From Fidelibacterota bacterium (GTDB taxonomy: Bacteria; Fidelibacterota; Marinisomatia; SCGC-AAA003-L08; JACNLC01): a stretch of 64,000 nucleotides of DNA. Of this stretch, positions 38,944 through 47,170 are shown one piece after another. Under the pieces are notes generated by a model, which had not been told where the DNA came from, searched no databases, and was given only the letters and a program-made list of their open reading frames with translations. How positions within the stretch are numbered: position 1 is the stretch's first letter; each line of letters begins with the position of its first letter. A program made the translations under genes and the position numbers. The stretch is taken from NCBI GenBank assembly GCA_024277615.1, contig JAJRUW010000068.1:6047-70046 (forward strand), written 5' to 3'.

Positions 38944-39336
38944 TCAGGCTGCGGCAAATTCTATTTTTAATCCTTCTGCAATTGATTTGTGTAATCCATA
39001 AAAAGACACCGGTTTTGGGAAAAAATCAACATCACCTGAAACCTCTAATTTGTCCGATATCTCTTTCTCATAATTTAAATGACCGGTCATTACAATTTTT
39101 TTTAAGTCTTCCTGAATGGCATCCGCACGATTCAATAACTCGAATCCGTCGATTACGGGCATGCGGATATCCGTAATCAGTACATGGTATTTCTCACATT
39201 TAAGGAATTCAAGCGCTTCCATACCTGAATAGGCTGTCCTGATAGAATATTTATCGGTTAGTGTTTCCAACCCTTTTTTAAGCAGCTTACACAGGCGGAT
39301 TTCATCATCAACTATGAGTACTTTAATTTTTTCCAT
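38944..39336 (-). CDS. Single-domain response regulator (CheY-like receiver)
   Basis: It has KVLIVDDE, the acceptor HVLITDIRMPVIDG, VMTGH and FPKP. 130 aa. Confidence 0.85.
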   Translation of the reverse strand: MEKIKVLIVDDEIRLCKLLKKGLETLTDKYSIRTAYSGMEALEFLKCEKYHVLITDIRMPVIDGFELLNRADAIQEDLKKIVMTGHLNYEKEISDKLEVSGDVDFFPKPVSFYGLHKSIAEGLKIEFAAA

Positions 39337-39347
39337 ACACCTTAAAC

Positions 39348-39363
39348 TGCAATTTTCAGGCCA
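39348..39363 (-). promoter_or_regulatory. Candidate sigma54 promoter immediately upstream of the receiver gene
   Basis: The minus strand reads TGGCCTGAAAATTGCA against the consensus TGGCACG-N4-TTGCW, with 2 mismatches and exact spacing. The -12 C lies 13 nt upstream of the A of the ATG. Confidence 0.4.
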
Positions 39364-39493
39364 GGCAATTTATAGATAAAAATATTCAACTTATTTCAAT
39401 ATATTGTAATTCATTGTTGATATTTGGGACATGCGGTAAATAAATATTACACTTCGATAATGTTCACAGCTCACTGAGAAACTGTCAACGAAT

Positions 39494-40705
39494 CTATTTC
39501 ATCAAGGTATTCATGTCCCACATTGGCAGGAAGATCCCCATTGCAAAGATCAACAGAAAAATCCCGATCAGCACCGTCATGAGAGGCTCAATCACGGCAC
39601 TGAGCCCATCGATTTTTGCATCTACTTCGGTATCATATTGGTGTGCAATGTTTTCCAGCATCTGTTCCAGACTTCCTGACCGTTCACCGATTGAGATCAT
39701 TTTAATGGTCATCTTTGGAAAATACCGGCTGTCGGATAATGACTCGGATAGTGAAACTCCTTCAACTACCTGCCCTTTGGCGCTGCTGATGTCCTTTTTG
39801 AGAATTCTGTTTTCCAGCGTCAGTTCGGTAATTTCCAGTGCCTTCACGATCTGAATCCCGCTTTTCATCAGTGTTTGCAGGATATGCGCAAATCTAGCTA
39901 CGGATGACTTTAAGATAATATCCTTAAAAATCGGAATTGATAACTTTAATTTATCAAAAGATACGGCACCTGCATTAGTCTTCAGATAAAACCGCAGGGC
40001 TGTAATGATCCCGATAATTGCCAGCAGTGTAATCCACCAGTAATTGATAAACATGTGACTTATTCCAATCAAAATACGAGTGGGCAGAGGCAGCGTCACA
40101 CCTGCTGAAAGGAACATTTTTGAAAATTTAGGTATGATGAAAACGATTGCACCGGTGAAGGCAAGGGCCAGAATGGTCAAAACGATGATGGGATATCGCA
40201 GAGCCGCTTTGATGTTTTTTGAAACCTGGATATCATGACGAATGAAAACCCTTAAATTATCGAGTATCCCTTCCAAAACACCGGTAGCTTCACCGATTTT
40301 TACCATGTTGACATAAAGTGTATTGAAGACGTTTGGATGATCCGCCAGAGCAGAGGAGAAAGGTTGACCGCTTCTTACTTTTTGGATAATATCTTGTAAG
40401 ATCTTCTGCAATTTATCGGTTTCGGCCTGCTCCTCAATAGACTCCAGACATTCAATCAGCGGGACACCGGCTTTTAACATTACAACCAGTTGAGAAGTCA
40501 GGTTTTCCAGTTCTTGGGGTTTTACGACCTTCCTGAATTTTGGGAATACCTGTAAATTGATGGGTTCAGCTTTTTCTTTCAGAGAAAGCAGTGTATTGTT
40601 TTCCGACTCCATGATCTCATAGACCTCAAATTTGGAGTCCGCCTCGATGGTTGTCTCCCTTATCAAACCATCGCTGGTTACAATTTTACAGCTGAACCGG
40701 GGCAC
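39494..40705 (-). CDS. pilC: Type IV pilus platform protein PilC/GspF family
   Basis: 403 aa with two T2SSF repeats, three TM segments and a GTG start preceded by AAGGAG. It has MLKAGVPL, GEATGVLEG, LMKSGIQIV and GERSGSLEQML. Confidence 0.9.
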   Translation of the reverse strand: MPRFSCKIVTSDGLIRETTIEADSKFEVYEIMESENNTLLSLKEKAEPINLQVFPKFRKVVKPQELENLTSQLVVMLKAGVPLIECLESIEEQAETDKLQKILQDIIQKVRSGQPFSSALADHPNVFNTLYVNMVKIGEATGVLEGILDNLRVFIRHDIQVSKNIKAALRYPIIVLTILALAFTGAIVFIIPKFSKMFLSAGVTLPLPTRILIGISHMFINYWWITLLAIIGIITALRFYLKTNAGAVSFDKLKLSIPIFKDIILKSSVARFAHILQTLMKSGIQIVKALEITELTLENRILKKDISSAKGQVVEGVSLSESLSDSRYFPKMTIKMISIGERSGSLEQMLENIAHQYDTEVDAKIDGLSAVIEPLMTVLIGIFLLIFAMGIFLPMWDMNTLMK

Positions 40706-40768
40706 TACAGATCACTCCTTGAGTTTGGAATGTTAAGGTTACGATTTCGTCTAATATTCAATAATCTT

Positions 40769-42166
40769 TCAGTCATCCCGGTCTCCCTGTAAATCATAAA
40801 TTTTCATTTTCCTGTATAAGGCTGTTCGAGAAATACCGAGTGCTTTGGCAATTTTACTGATATTTTTTTTGCCTATCTGCAGAGCATGTTCTATAGCCAA
40901 TCGTTCAACCTCTGCAAGCGGTAAAATAGTTTCTCCAAAAACCAACTTATCGGCCCCGGTGGAAGGCGGGTCAGGCTCAGTTTGTCGGTAAACAGCCTCC
41001 TCGAGGATAGATTTTTCCAGGTGAGGTTCTTTTGCATAAAATATTATGCGTGTCAGCAGGTTACCCAGCTCTCTGATATTCCCTTTGAGAGGGAGCTCGC
41101 AGATGCTGTTTATCAGGTCGGAGGATATCGATTTTAAATCGAGCATTGAACTTGTGAGGTAATTACCGAGCAAAAACAAGATCAACAGAGGAATGTCACC
41201 GGGACGTTCTTTCAAAGGCAGCAGACGGATCGGGATCACGTTCAATCTGTGGAATAAGTCTTCTCTAAATTTACCCTCGGCGATGAGTTTTTCGAGACTC
41301 ATATTCGTAGCGGCAATCACTCGGATATCAACGGTTTTTGTGGTTGTACTCCCGAGTCTCTGAACAGTATGATCCTCCAATACCCGCAGCAGCTTTGCTT
41401 GCAGATCAAGCGCCATGTCACCAATTTCATCCAGGAAGATTGTGCTGTTATCAGCGAGCTCGAACATGCCGGGTTTAGCAGTATTAGCGCCTGTAAAAGC
41501 ACCTTTCTCATAACCGAAAAGCTCACTTTCCAGAAGATGTTCGGGGATTGCAGCGCAATTCAGAGAAATAAAATTTTGACTGCTCCGGGAACTTAGCTGA
41601 TGGATGGATCTGGCAACCAATTCTTTGCCGGTACCGCTGTCACCGAGAATCATAACGGTAAAGTCAGTCGCGGCCACTCTTGTAATCTGACGGTAAATAT
41701 CCAGCATGTGAGACGAATTGCCGACAAATTTTCCAAAACCGTTTGGTTTCAGGTGCGTTCGCAGTTTTTCGGGCAGGGCCTTTTTAAGACCGGAATAAGT
41801 ATTGATCCTGGAATGAATATCCGGTAATTCCGAAAGTATCATTTTGCGAAGATTGATCGAAAAAAGGGCATCATTTTTCCCGCAGAGTTCTCCACTGATT
41901 TTGTTACCGTCATAAAATATGATGACGGGCAGATGCCGGTCCTGGCGCCTCAGGCGTCGTATAAATCCGCTGTAATTATTCCGGAGCAGCTTCCAGTCCA
42001 GGAAAATGGCAGAAAATGTTTCAACAGTTGCATAGGATAACACCGAGGTCAGGTTCCGTGTGACCGTCAATTCTGATGAATTCTCCTGCAGACTGGATTT
42101 TAATTTCTTAATAAATCCGGGATCGGATTTTAACAGTCCCGTCGATATGCCCAGCAAGTAGCGCAT
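40769..42166 (-). CDS. Sigma54-dependent transcriptional activator (PilR-like) with degenerate N-terminal receiver
   Basis: It has the AAA+ core GDSGTGKELVARSIH, the GAFTGA loop (EKGAFTGANT) and a C-terminal Fis-type HTH (NISKIAKALGISRTALYRKMK). The N-terminal domain lacks the acidic DD pair (LLGISTG) but keeps IFLDWKL. Confidence 0.88.
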   Translation of the reverse strand: MRYLLGISTGLLKSDPGFIKKLKSSLQENSSELTVTRNLTSVLSYATVETFSAIFLDWKLLRNNYSGFIRRLRRQDRHLPVIIFYDGNKISGELCGKNDALFSINLRKMILSELPDIHSRINTYSGLKKALPEKLRTHLKPNGFGKFVGNSSHMLDIYRQITRVAATDFTVMILGDSGTGKELVARSIHQLSSRSSQNFISLNCAAIPEHLLESELFGYEKGAFTGANTAKPGMFELADNSTIFLDEIGDMALDLQAKLLRVLEDHTVQRLGSTTTKTVDIRVIAATNMSLEKLIAEGKFREDLFHRLNVIPIRLLPLKERPGDIPLLILFLLGNYLTSSMLDLKSISSDLINSICELPLKGNIRELGNLLTRIIFYAKEPHLEKSILEEAVYRQTEPDPPSTGADKLVFGETILPLAEVERLAIEHALQIGKKNISKIAKALGISRTALYRKMKIYDLQGDRDD

Positions 42167-43831
42167 TTATTCCAGTGTTATCCGCAACATTTCTTCAACC
42201 GACGTTTTCCCCGAGATGACCAGCTCCAAACTGGATTCGCGGAGAGTTCGCATTCCCTTTTCCACAGCCGTATGGTGAATAGTGCGAGCCGTGGCATTCC
42301 TGGTAACCATACCGGTTATTTCTTCGTCGGGTACGAGCAATTCATATACTCCTGTCCTGCCGGTGTAACCTGAGTTTTTACAATGCATGCACCCCCGGGC
42401 TTCATAAATGGAACTGCCCTGTTCGGCACTGATCCCGAGGCTTTCGAGGAGTTCCGGCGGAGCTGTGATTCTCTCTTTACAACTCGGACACAGCAGTCTT
42501 ATCAAGCGCTGGGCAAGTATTGCTCTCACGGTGGAGCTGACCAGGTAGGCATCCATCCCCATATTTGACAAGCGCGTAAAACATGATGCGGCATCGTTCG
42601 TATGGATTGTGCTAAAGACCAGATGCCCTGTAAGTGCAGCTCTGATAGCCAGTTCGGCAGTCTCCAGATCTCTGATTTCTCCAACCATAATGATATCCGG
42701 ATCCTGACGGAGCATGGAGCGTAGTGCGGCTGAAAATGTCATACCGGCTTTTGTATTTACCTGTGCCTGTGTGATGTTGTCCAGACGGTATTCAATAGGG
42801 TCCTCTACGGTCATTATATTGACTTCCACAGTATTGACCACGGCCAGGGTTGCATAAAGGGTTGTCGTCTTACCGGAACCGGTAGGGCCTGACACTATTA
42901 TCAATCCGTTCGGTGAATGAATTGATCTTTCCCACGTATGAAATGTATCCTTGCTGAATCCCATTTTTTCCAGTGATATTCTGGATTTCTTTTGGTCCAG
43001 AATTCGCATTACTATTTTTTCTCCGAGGGGAGTCGGGAAAGTTGATGAGCGGATATCCACATCCGAGCGCTGCTCCTGAAAATGAAACCTGCCGTCCTGG
43101 GGTTTCCGGGATTCGGCAATATCCATATTTGATAGTATTTTAATTCGGGAGATCAAGGGCGCTAAGGCTGAACGCGGGAATGTATAATATTGCTGCAGAA
43201 CACCGTCAACCCGGAAGCGGATCCGGACATCTTTCTCTCTGGGGTCGATATGAATATCACTGGCCCCGATTTTCACGGCTTCAAGAATCAGCATATTCGC
43301 TGATTCGATAATTTCCGTATCTTCGGCAATTTCTTTGGATACAACCCTTACCCTTGAGCGGGAATCCTCCTGTTCACTTCCCCCATCAACATATTGTTCG
43401 ACCCCGTAGTAGAGATCGATGACTTTCTTAATGCTCATCTCAGGAGCCAGTACGAGATTTATTTCCATTACAGTTTCAACGTTCAGCTCATCAATTATCT
43501 CAACGTTGATCGGGTCGGAACAGGCTACCGTCAATTTGTTGCCGATATGAAATAGCGGTATAATATTCAGCCTTTTTGCAACATCCTCTTTAACGATATC
43601 TATGACACCGTTTTCGATTTCATAAGTCAGGGGATCCAATGTGGGCAGTTTCAACTGGTCACTCACGGCCTCGATGATATCGTCTTCCGTTACAAAACCC
43701 AGTTCAATAAGGGCCAGGCCCAGGTATATGTCATGCGTCTGTTTATATTGGAGGGCTTCTTCCAGCTGCTGCATATCAATCTTGCCTTCGTCCAGCATGA
43801 TCTGCCCAAGTAATTTTTTTTCCTGTGCCAT
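42167..43831 (-). CDS. pilB: Type IV pilus assembly ATPase PilB/GspE/MshE family
   Basis: 554 aa with a T2SSE_N-like N-terminus, Walker A GPTGSGKTTT, an Asp box, Walker B IMVGEIRD, a His box and a tetracysteine motif CPSC...CMHC. Confidence 0.92.
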   Translation of the reverse strand: MAQEKKLLGQIMLDEGKIDMQQLEEALQYKQTHDIYLGLALIELGFVTEDDIIEAVSDQLKLPTLDPLTYEIENGVIDIVKEDVAKRLNIIPLFHIGNKLTVACSDPINVEIIDELNVETVMEINLVLAPEMSIKKVIDLYYGVEQYVDGGSEQEDSRSRVRVVSKEIAEDTEIIESANMLILEAVKIGASDIHIDPREKDVRIRFRVDGVLQQYYTFPRSALAPLISRIKILSNMDIAESRKPQDGRFHFQEQRSDVDIRSSTFPTPLGEKIVMRILDQKKSRISLEKMGFSKDTFHTWERSIHSPNGLIIVSGPTGSGKTTTLYATLAVVNTVEVNIMTVEDPIEYRLDNITQAQVNTKAGMTFSAALRSMLRQDPDIIMVGEIRDLETAELAIRAALTGHLVFSTIHTNDAASCFTRLSNMGMDAYLVSSTVRAILAQRLIRLLCPSCKERITAPPELLESLGISAEQGSSIYEARGCMHCKNSGYTGRTGVYELLVPDEEITGMVTRNATARTIHHTAVEKGMRTLRESSLELVISGKTSVEEMLRITLE

Positions 43832-43836
43832 GGTTA

Positions 43837-44607
43837 CTATCCTTTAATGATCAGAGTATGTACGTACCAGTTGATAATTTCCGGACCATATAAAATGCTG
43901 ATCAATGCTCCTAAACTAAGATAAGGTCCGAATGGCAATCGTCTGCCCAAACCTGATTTGCCGCTGACCAGCAATATCAAAATGACGATTGCCGAAGAGA
44001 AAAACGCCAGTGCAACGACTAATATACCTTCCTGCCACCCAAAAAAGAGACCCAGCAAAAATGCAAATTTCACATCCCCCAATCCCATCGCATCCTGTTT
44101 CAGAATGAGTTTTCCCAGAATTCTGATAATCAGAAAACCGAGTCCAAGTCCCAAAAAGCCCCAGAAATGCTGTGGAATCCCCGCATAACCACTACGGTAA
44201 ACAAAATACAGGGCCGGGACTAAAGCAATTACTAAAAAGGAGTCCGGTATAATTTGGACATCAAAATCGATAAAGGTCAAACCAATCAGGAGGCAGAGAA
44301 AGATGCCATAAAATATAAAATCAATGGGGTCACTAACACGTAAATAGGTGACAAATAAAATTGCTGCCGTCAGAAGCTCCACTAAAGGATATCGAATTGA
44401 TATCTTTTGGGCACAATTTGAGCATTTACCTCGCAGAAAAATATAGCTGAGTACGGGGATATTCTCGTACCACAGGATCATGTGTCCGCAATTTGTGCAG
44501 CTTGAACGGGGTGAGACAATGGATTTTCCCAGGGGAATCCGGTAAATGCAGACATTGAGAAAACTCCCAATTACCAGGCCCAGTATGATCACGAGTGCTG
44601 ATATCAT
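43837..44607 (-). CDS. pilD: Prepilin peptidase (A24 family)
   Basis: It has the N-terminal zinc-finger cysteines CTNCGH...CSNCAQ, multiple TM segments and the catalytic region MGLGDVKF. Confidence 0.9.
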   Translation of the reverse strand: MISALVIILGLVIGSFLNVCIYRIPLGKSIVSPRSSCTNCGHMILWYENIPVLSYIFLRGKCSNCAQKISIRYPLVELLTAAILFVTYLRVSDPIDFIFYGIFLCLLIGLTFIDFDVQIIPDSFLVIALVPALYFVYRSGYAGIPQHFWGFLGLGLGFLIIRILGKLILKQDAMGLGDVKFAFLLGLFFGWQEGILVVALAFFSSAIVILILLVSGKSGLGRRLPFGPYLSLGALISILYGPEIINWYVHTLIIKG

Positions 44608-44993
44608 TTTCGAGGCTCCGTAATTTGTTGTATGGCTTCCAATAATGTCTCCGGTACAATAGGTTTTGAGATTTGCAGATCGCCGCGAATTTCTCTCAGC
44701 AGGTTCTCATCGAGGTCTGCACCCTGATCTGTTATCAGGATTATCGGAATATGCTGGTATTGCTGGTCAAACTTCAACAGCCGGCAGACATGCAGACCGT
44801 CAATTTCCGGCAGCATAACGGCCAGAAGTATGAGATCGGGGTTTTCCGATCGGGCAAGTTTTAATCCGGTAAGTCCATCATCTGCTGAAATAACCCTCAT
44901 TTCGATCTGTTCGAGGAATGCGGTGATGAAATCGACGAAAGACAACTCTTCATCAATGATCAATATCTTTTTTCTGTCATCGTGCTGGGCCAT
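44604..44993 (-). CDS. Aspartate-less receiver domain protein (pseudo-receiver)
   Basis: It has a receiver fold with ILIIDEE, ILITDQ (Thr) and ISKP (Lys). The phospho-acceptor position reads DLILLAVMLPEIDG, with Ala58 where Asp is expected. Confidence 0.75.
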   Translation of the reverse strand: MAQHDDRKKILIIDEELSFVDFITAFLEQIEMRVISADDGLTGLKLARSENPDLILLAVMLPEIDGLHVCRLLKFDQQYQHIPIILITDQGADLDENLLREIRGDLQISKPIVPETLLEAIQQITEPRK

Positions 44994-46106
44994 TTATACT
45001 CCTGTTTTAAGCTGAATGGATAAACTGGCTTCCTGTTCTTCTTCGGTACTGATCCGCAAGCGTAAATCGGATTGATTGTCGGCATACCAAACGGCGGTTT
45101 CCCTGGTTATCCTGCCTTCGCGGTAAAGATTGAACAGACTTTGGTCGAAAGACTGCATGCCCTCATTATTCGAGGATTCGAGGGTTGTTTTCAGCATGTG
45201 CGTGTCCCCGCGCTGGATGAGGTCTTTAACGCGGGCCGAAGGGAACATGATTTCATGAGCGGCAATGTTTTTACCGTCAATGCCCGGCACCAGCCGCTGG
45301 GCAATAACGGCTTCCAGATTGTTGCTGATCTGCGACCGGATCATGACCTGGAGATAAGGATCGAAGAAGTTGACGATCCGTTCGATGGTTTGAGAGGTGT
45401 TGACGGCATGCAGCGTGCTGATGACCAAATGTCCCGTTTCAGAAAAATTCAGAGCTGCCGACATGGTCTCGATATCGCGTATTTCGCCGATAGAGATCAT
45501 TGAGGGGGATTCCCTCAGAGCGCTTTTTAGGGCCTGAGTGTAGTTTTTAGCATCGTGTCCTATCTCCCGCTGGTTGACGATAGACTTTTTATGCGAGTGC
45601 AGGAATTCGATGGGGTCCTCCAGCGTCAGAATATGTCCGGGCAGAGTGGCGTTACGATGGTCTATCATGGCTGCGATGGTTGTTGACTTCCCCGAGCCGG
45701 CCTGGCCCACGACCAGGATGAGCCCACGCTCCTTCAGAGTGAGGTTTTTCAGCTGTACCGGTAATGATAATTCGTCTATACTTTTAATCCGGTTCAAAAT
45801 TTGATGGATAACAAAGGCATCCGAGCCCCTCTGCTGAAAATAATTGATGCGAAAACGACCCACACCGGGAAAACTGTAAATAAAATCCAGATCATGTTCC
45901 CGGCGGAAATCCTCCTGCTGCTGTTTGGTCAACAGACTGGTGCGGAGGGCATCCAGCATTTCAAAAGTAACCTTCTTCTCTTCGATCACATGAATCTCAC
46001 TGCCTATTTTTAGAGTCGGATAGGCGCCGATACTGATGAATAAATCAGATGCTTTGGATTCTGCCATGATTTTCAACAGATCTTCAACTTTGTAAATATC
46101 AACCAT
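44994..46106 (-). CDS. PilT-family retraction ATPase paralog (PilU-like)
   Basis: It has Walker A GQAGSGKST, TLEDPIEF, GEIRD and TGHLVISTLH. It lacks the AxxNLIRE motif (it has VKDLIQRGD). Confidence 0.85.
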   Translation of the reverse strand: MVDIYKVEDLLKIMAESKASDLFISIGAYPTLKIGSEIHVIEEKKVTFEMLDALRTSLLTKQQQEDFRREHDLDFIYSFPGVGRFRINYFQQRGSDAFVIHQILNRIKSIDELSLPVQLKNLTLKERGLILVVGQAGSGKSTTIAAMIDHRNATLPGHILTLEDPIEFLHSHKKSIVNQREIGHDAKNYTQALKSALRESPSMISIGEIRDIETMSAALNFSETGHLVISTLHAVNTSQTIERIVNFFDPYLQVMIRSQISNNLEAVIAQRLVPGIDGKNIAAHEIMFPSARVKDLIQRGDTHMLKTTLESSNNEGMQSFDQSLFNLYREGRITRETAVWYADNQSDLRLRISTEEEQEASLSIQLKTGV

Positions 46107-47155
46107 TATTCCGCCCCGGCCAGAGCCAGACTCAATTCACTGTTCACATCCAGTAAAGCATCTTTAGAAACGATACCTGTACGAACCAGTTTGTCTATCG
46201 ACTGCTCAAGAGTGATCATTCCCATTCTTGTATTTGTTTGCAATATCGAGGGCAACTGGTAGGATTTTTTCTCCCGGATGAGGTTGGCTACGGCAGGTAT
46301 CCCCAGCATTACTTCAAATGCCGCCACCCTGCCCCCGTTGCTTTTTTTCAGCAGAATTTGCGAAATCACACCGATGAGTGTTTCACTGATCATCAGACGG
46401 ATCTGATTCTGCTGACTGGGAGGAAACTGATCGATAATGCGGTCAATGGTTTTGGTCGAGTTCACCGTATGCAGTGTCCCAAAAACCAGGTGGCCGGTTT
46501 CCGCAGCGGATATTGCCAGTGCAGTCGTCTCCAGATCTCGCATCTCACCGACAACGATCACATCAGGGTCTTCCCGCAGCGAACTGCGCAAAGCCTTTGA
46601 AAAGGAGTGTGTATCAATCCCTACTTCCCGATGATTGATCAGCGCAAGTTTGCTTTCATGAATATATTCCACGGGATCTTCAATCAGGATGATATGTTTT
46701 TTCTGTCGCCGATTGATATAGTCGATGATAGTGTTTAAGGTTGTCGATTTACCACTGCCGGTCGGTCCGGTGACCAGGATCAGACCTTTGGGACTCAGAG
46801 CAAGCTTTTTCAGAATGGGTGGTAATCTCAATTCCTCAAAAGTAAAACATTTTTCGGAGATTGCCCGCATCACCACCGTATCACCGAAATAGCCCTTAAA
46901 GACATTGATCCGAAAGCGGCCTATTCCCTTAAAATCACGTGAGAAATCGAGTTCCCATTCCTCTTCATATCGTTTTTTTTGATCCTCATTCATGATGTCA
47001 TAGGACAACAGATGCACATCTTCGGCGGAAAGACGAGGGAGATCGGTTCGCTGAACCTCACCATCCACTCTGACAATGGGTTCATGATTCGGACTCAGAT
47101 GCAGGTCAGAGGCTCCGATTTTACGAATGAAGTTCAGTAATTCATAAATTTCCAT
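46106..47155 (-). CDS. pilT: Twitching motility ATPase PilT
   Basis: It has GASDLHL, Walker A GPTGSGKST, IEDPVEY, GEMRD, TGHLVFGTLH and the PilT signature AVANLIREKK. Confidence 0.92.
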   Translation of the reverse strand: MEIYELLNFIRKIGASDLHLSPNHEPIVRVDGEVQRTDLPRLSAEDVHLLSYDIMNEDQKKRYEEEWELDFSRDFKGIGRFRINVFKGYFGDTVVMRAISEKCFTFEELRLPPILKKLALSPKGLILVTGPTGSGKSTTLNTIIDYINRRQKKHIILIEDPVEYIHESKLALINHREVGIDTHSFSKALRSSLREDPDVIVVGEMRDLETTALAISAAETGHLVFGTLHTVNSTKTIDRIIDQFPPSQQNQIRLMISETLIGVISQILLKKSNGGRVAAFEVMLGIPAVANLIREKKSYQLPSILQTNTRMGMITLEQSIDKLVRTGIVSKDALLDVNSELSLALAGAE

Positions 47156-47170
47156 ACTGAGCCCTGACTG

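Noticed and set aside
31946-39400. The low-GC pilin/minor-pilin segment next to tRNA-Ala as an integrated genomic island.
   Set aside because: There is no integrase or transposase. I could not find a direct repeat of the tRNA 3' end at the far boundary. The genes form a functional unit with the adjacent pilus machinery.
43640-43831. Possible c-di-GMP-binding MshEN motif at the PilB N-terminus (LLGQIMLDEGKIDMQQLEEALQYK ... YLGLALIELGFVTEDDIIEAVSDQ).
   Set aside because: The general T2SSE_N helical pattern is present. However, the Arg residues that open each MshEN motif (RLG), as I recall it, are Leu and Tyr here, and the first motif ends in Lys rather than Gln. Binding cannot be claimed from sequence.
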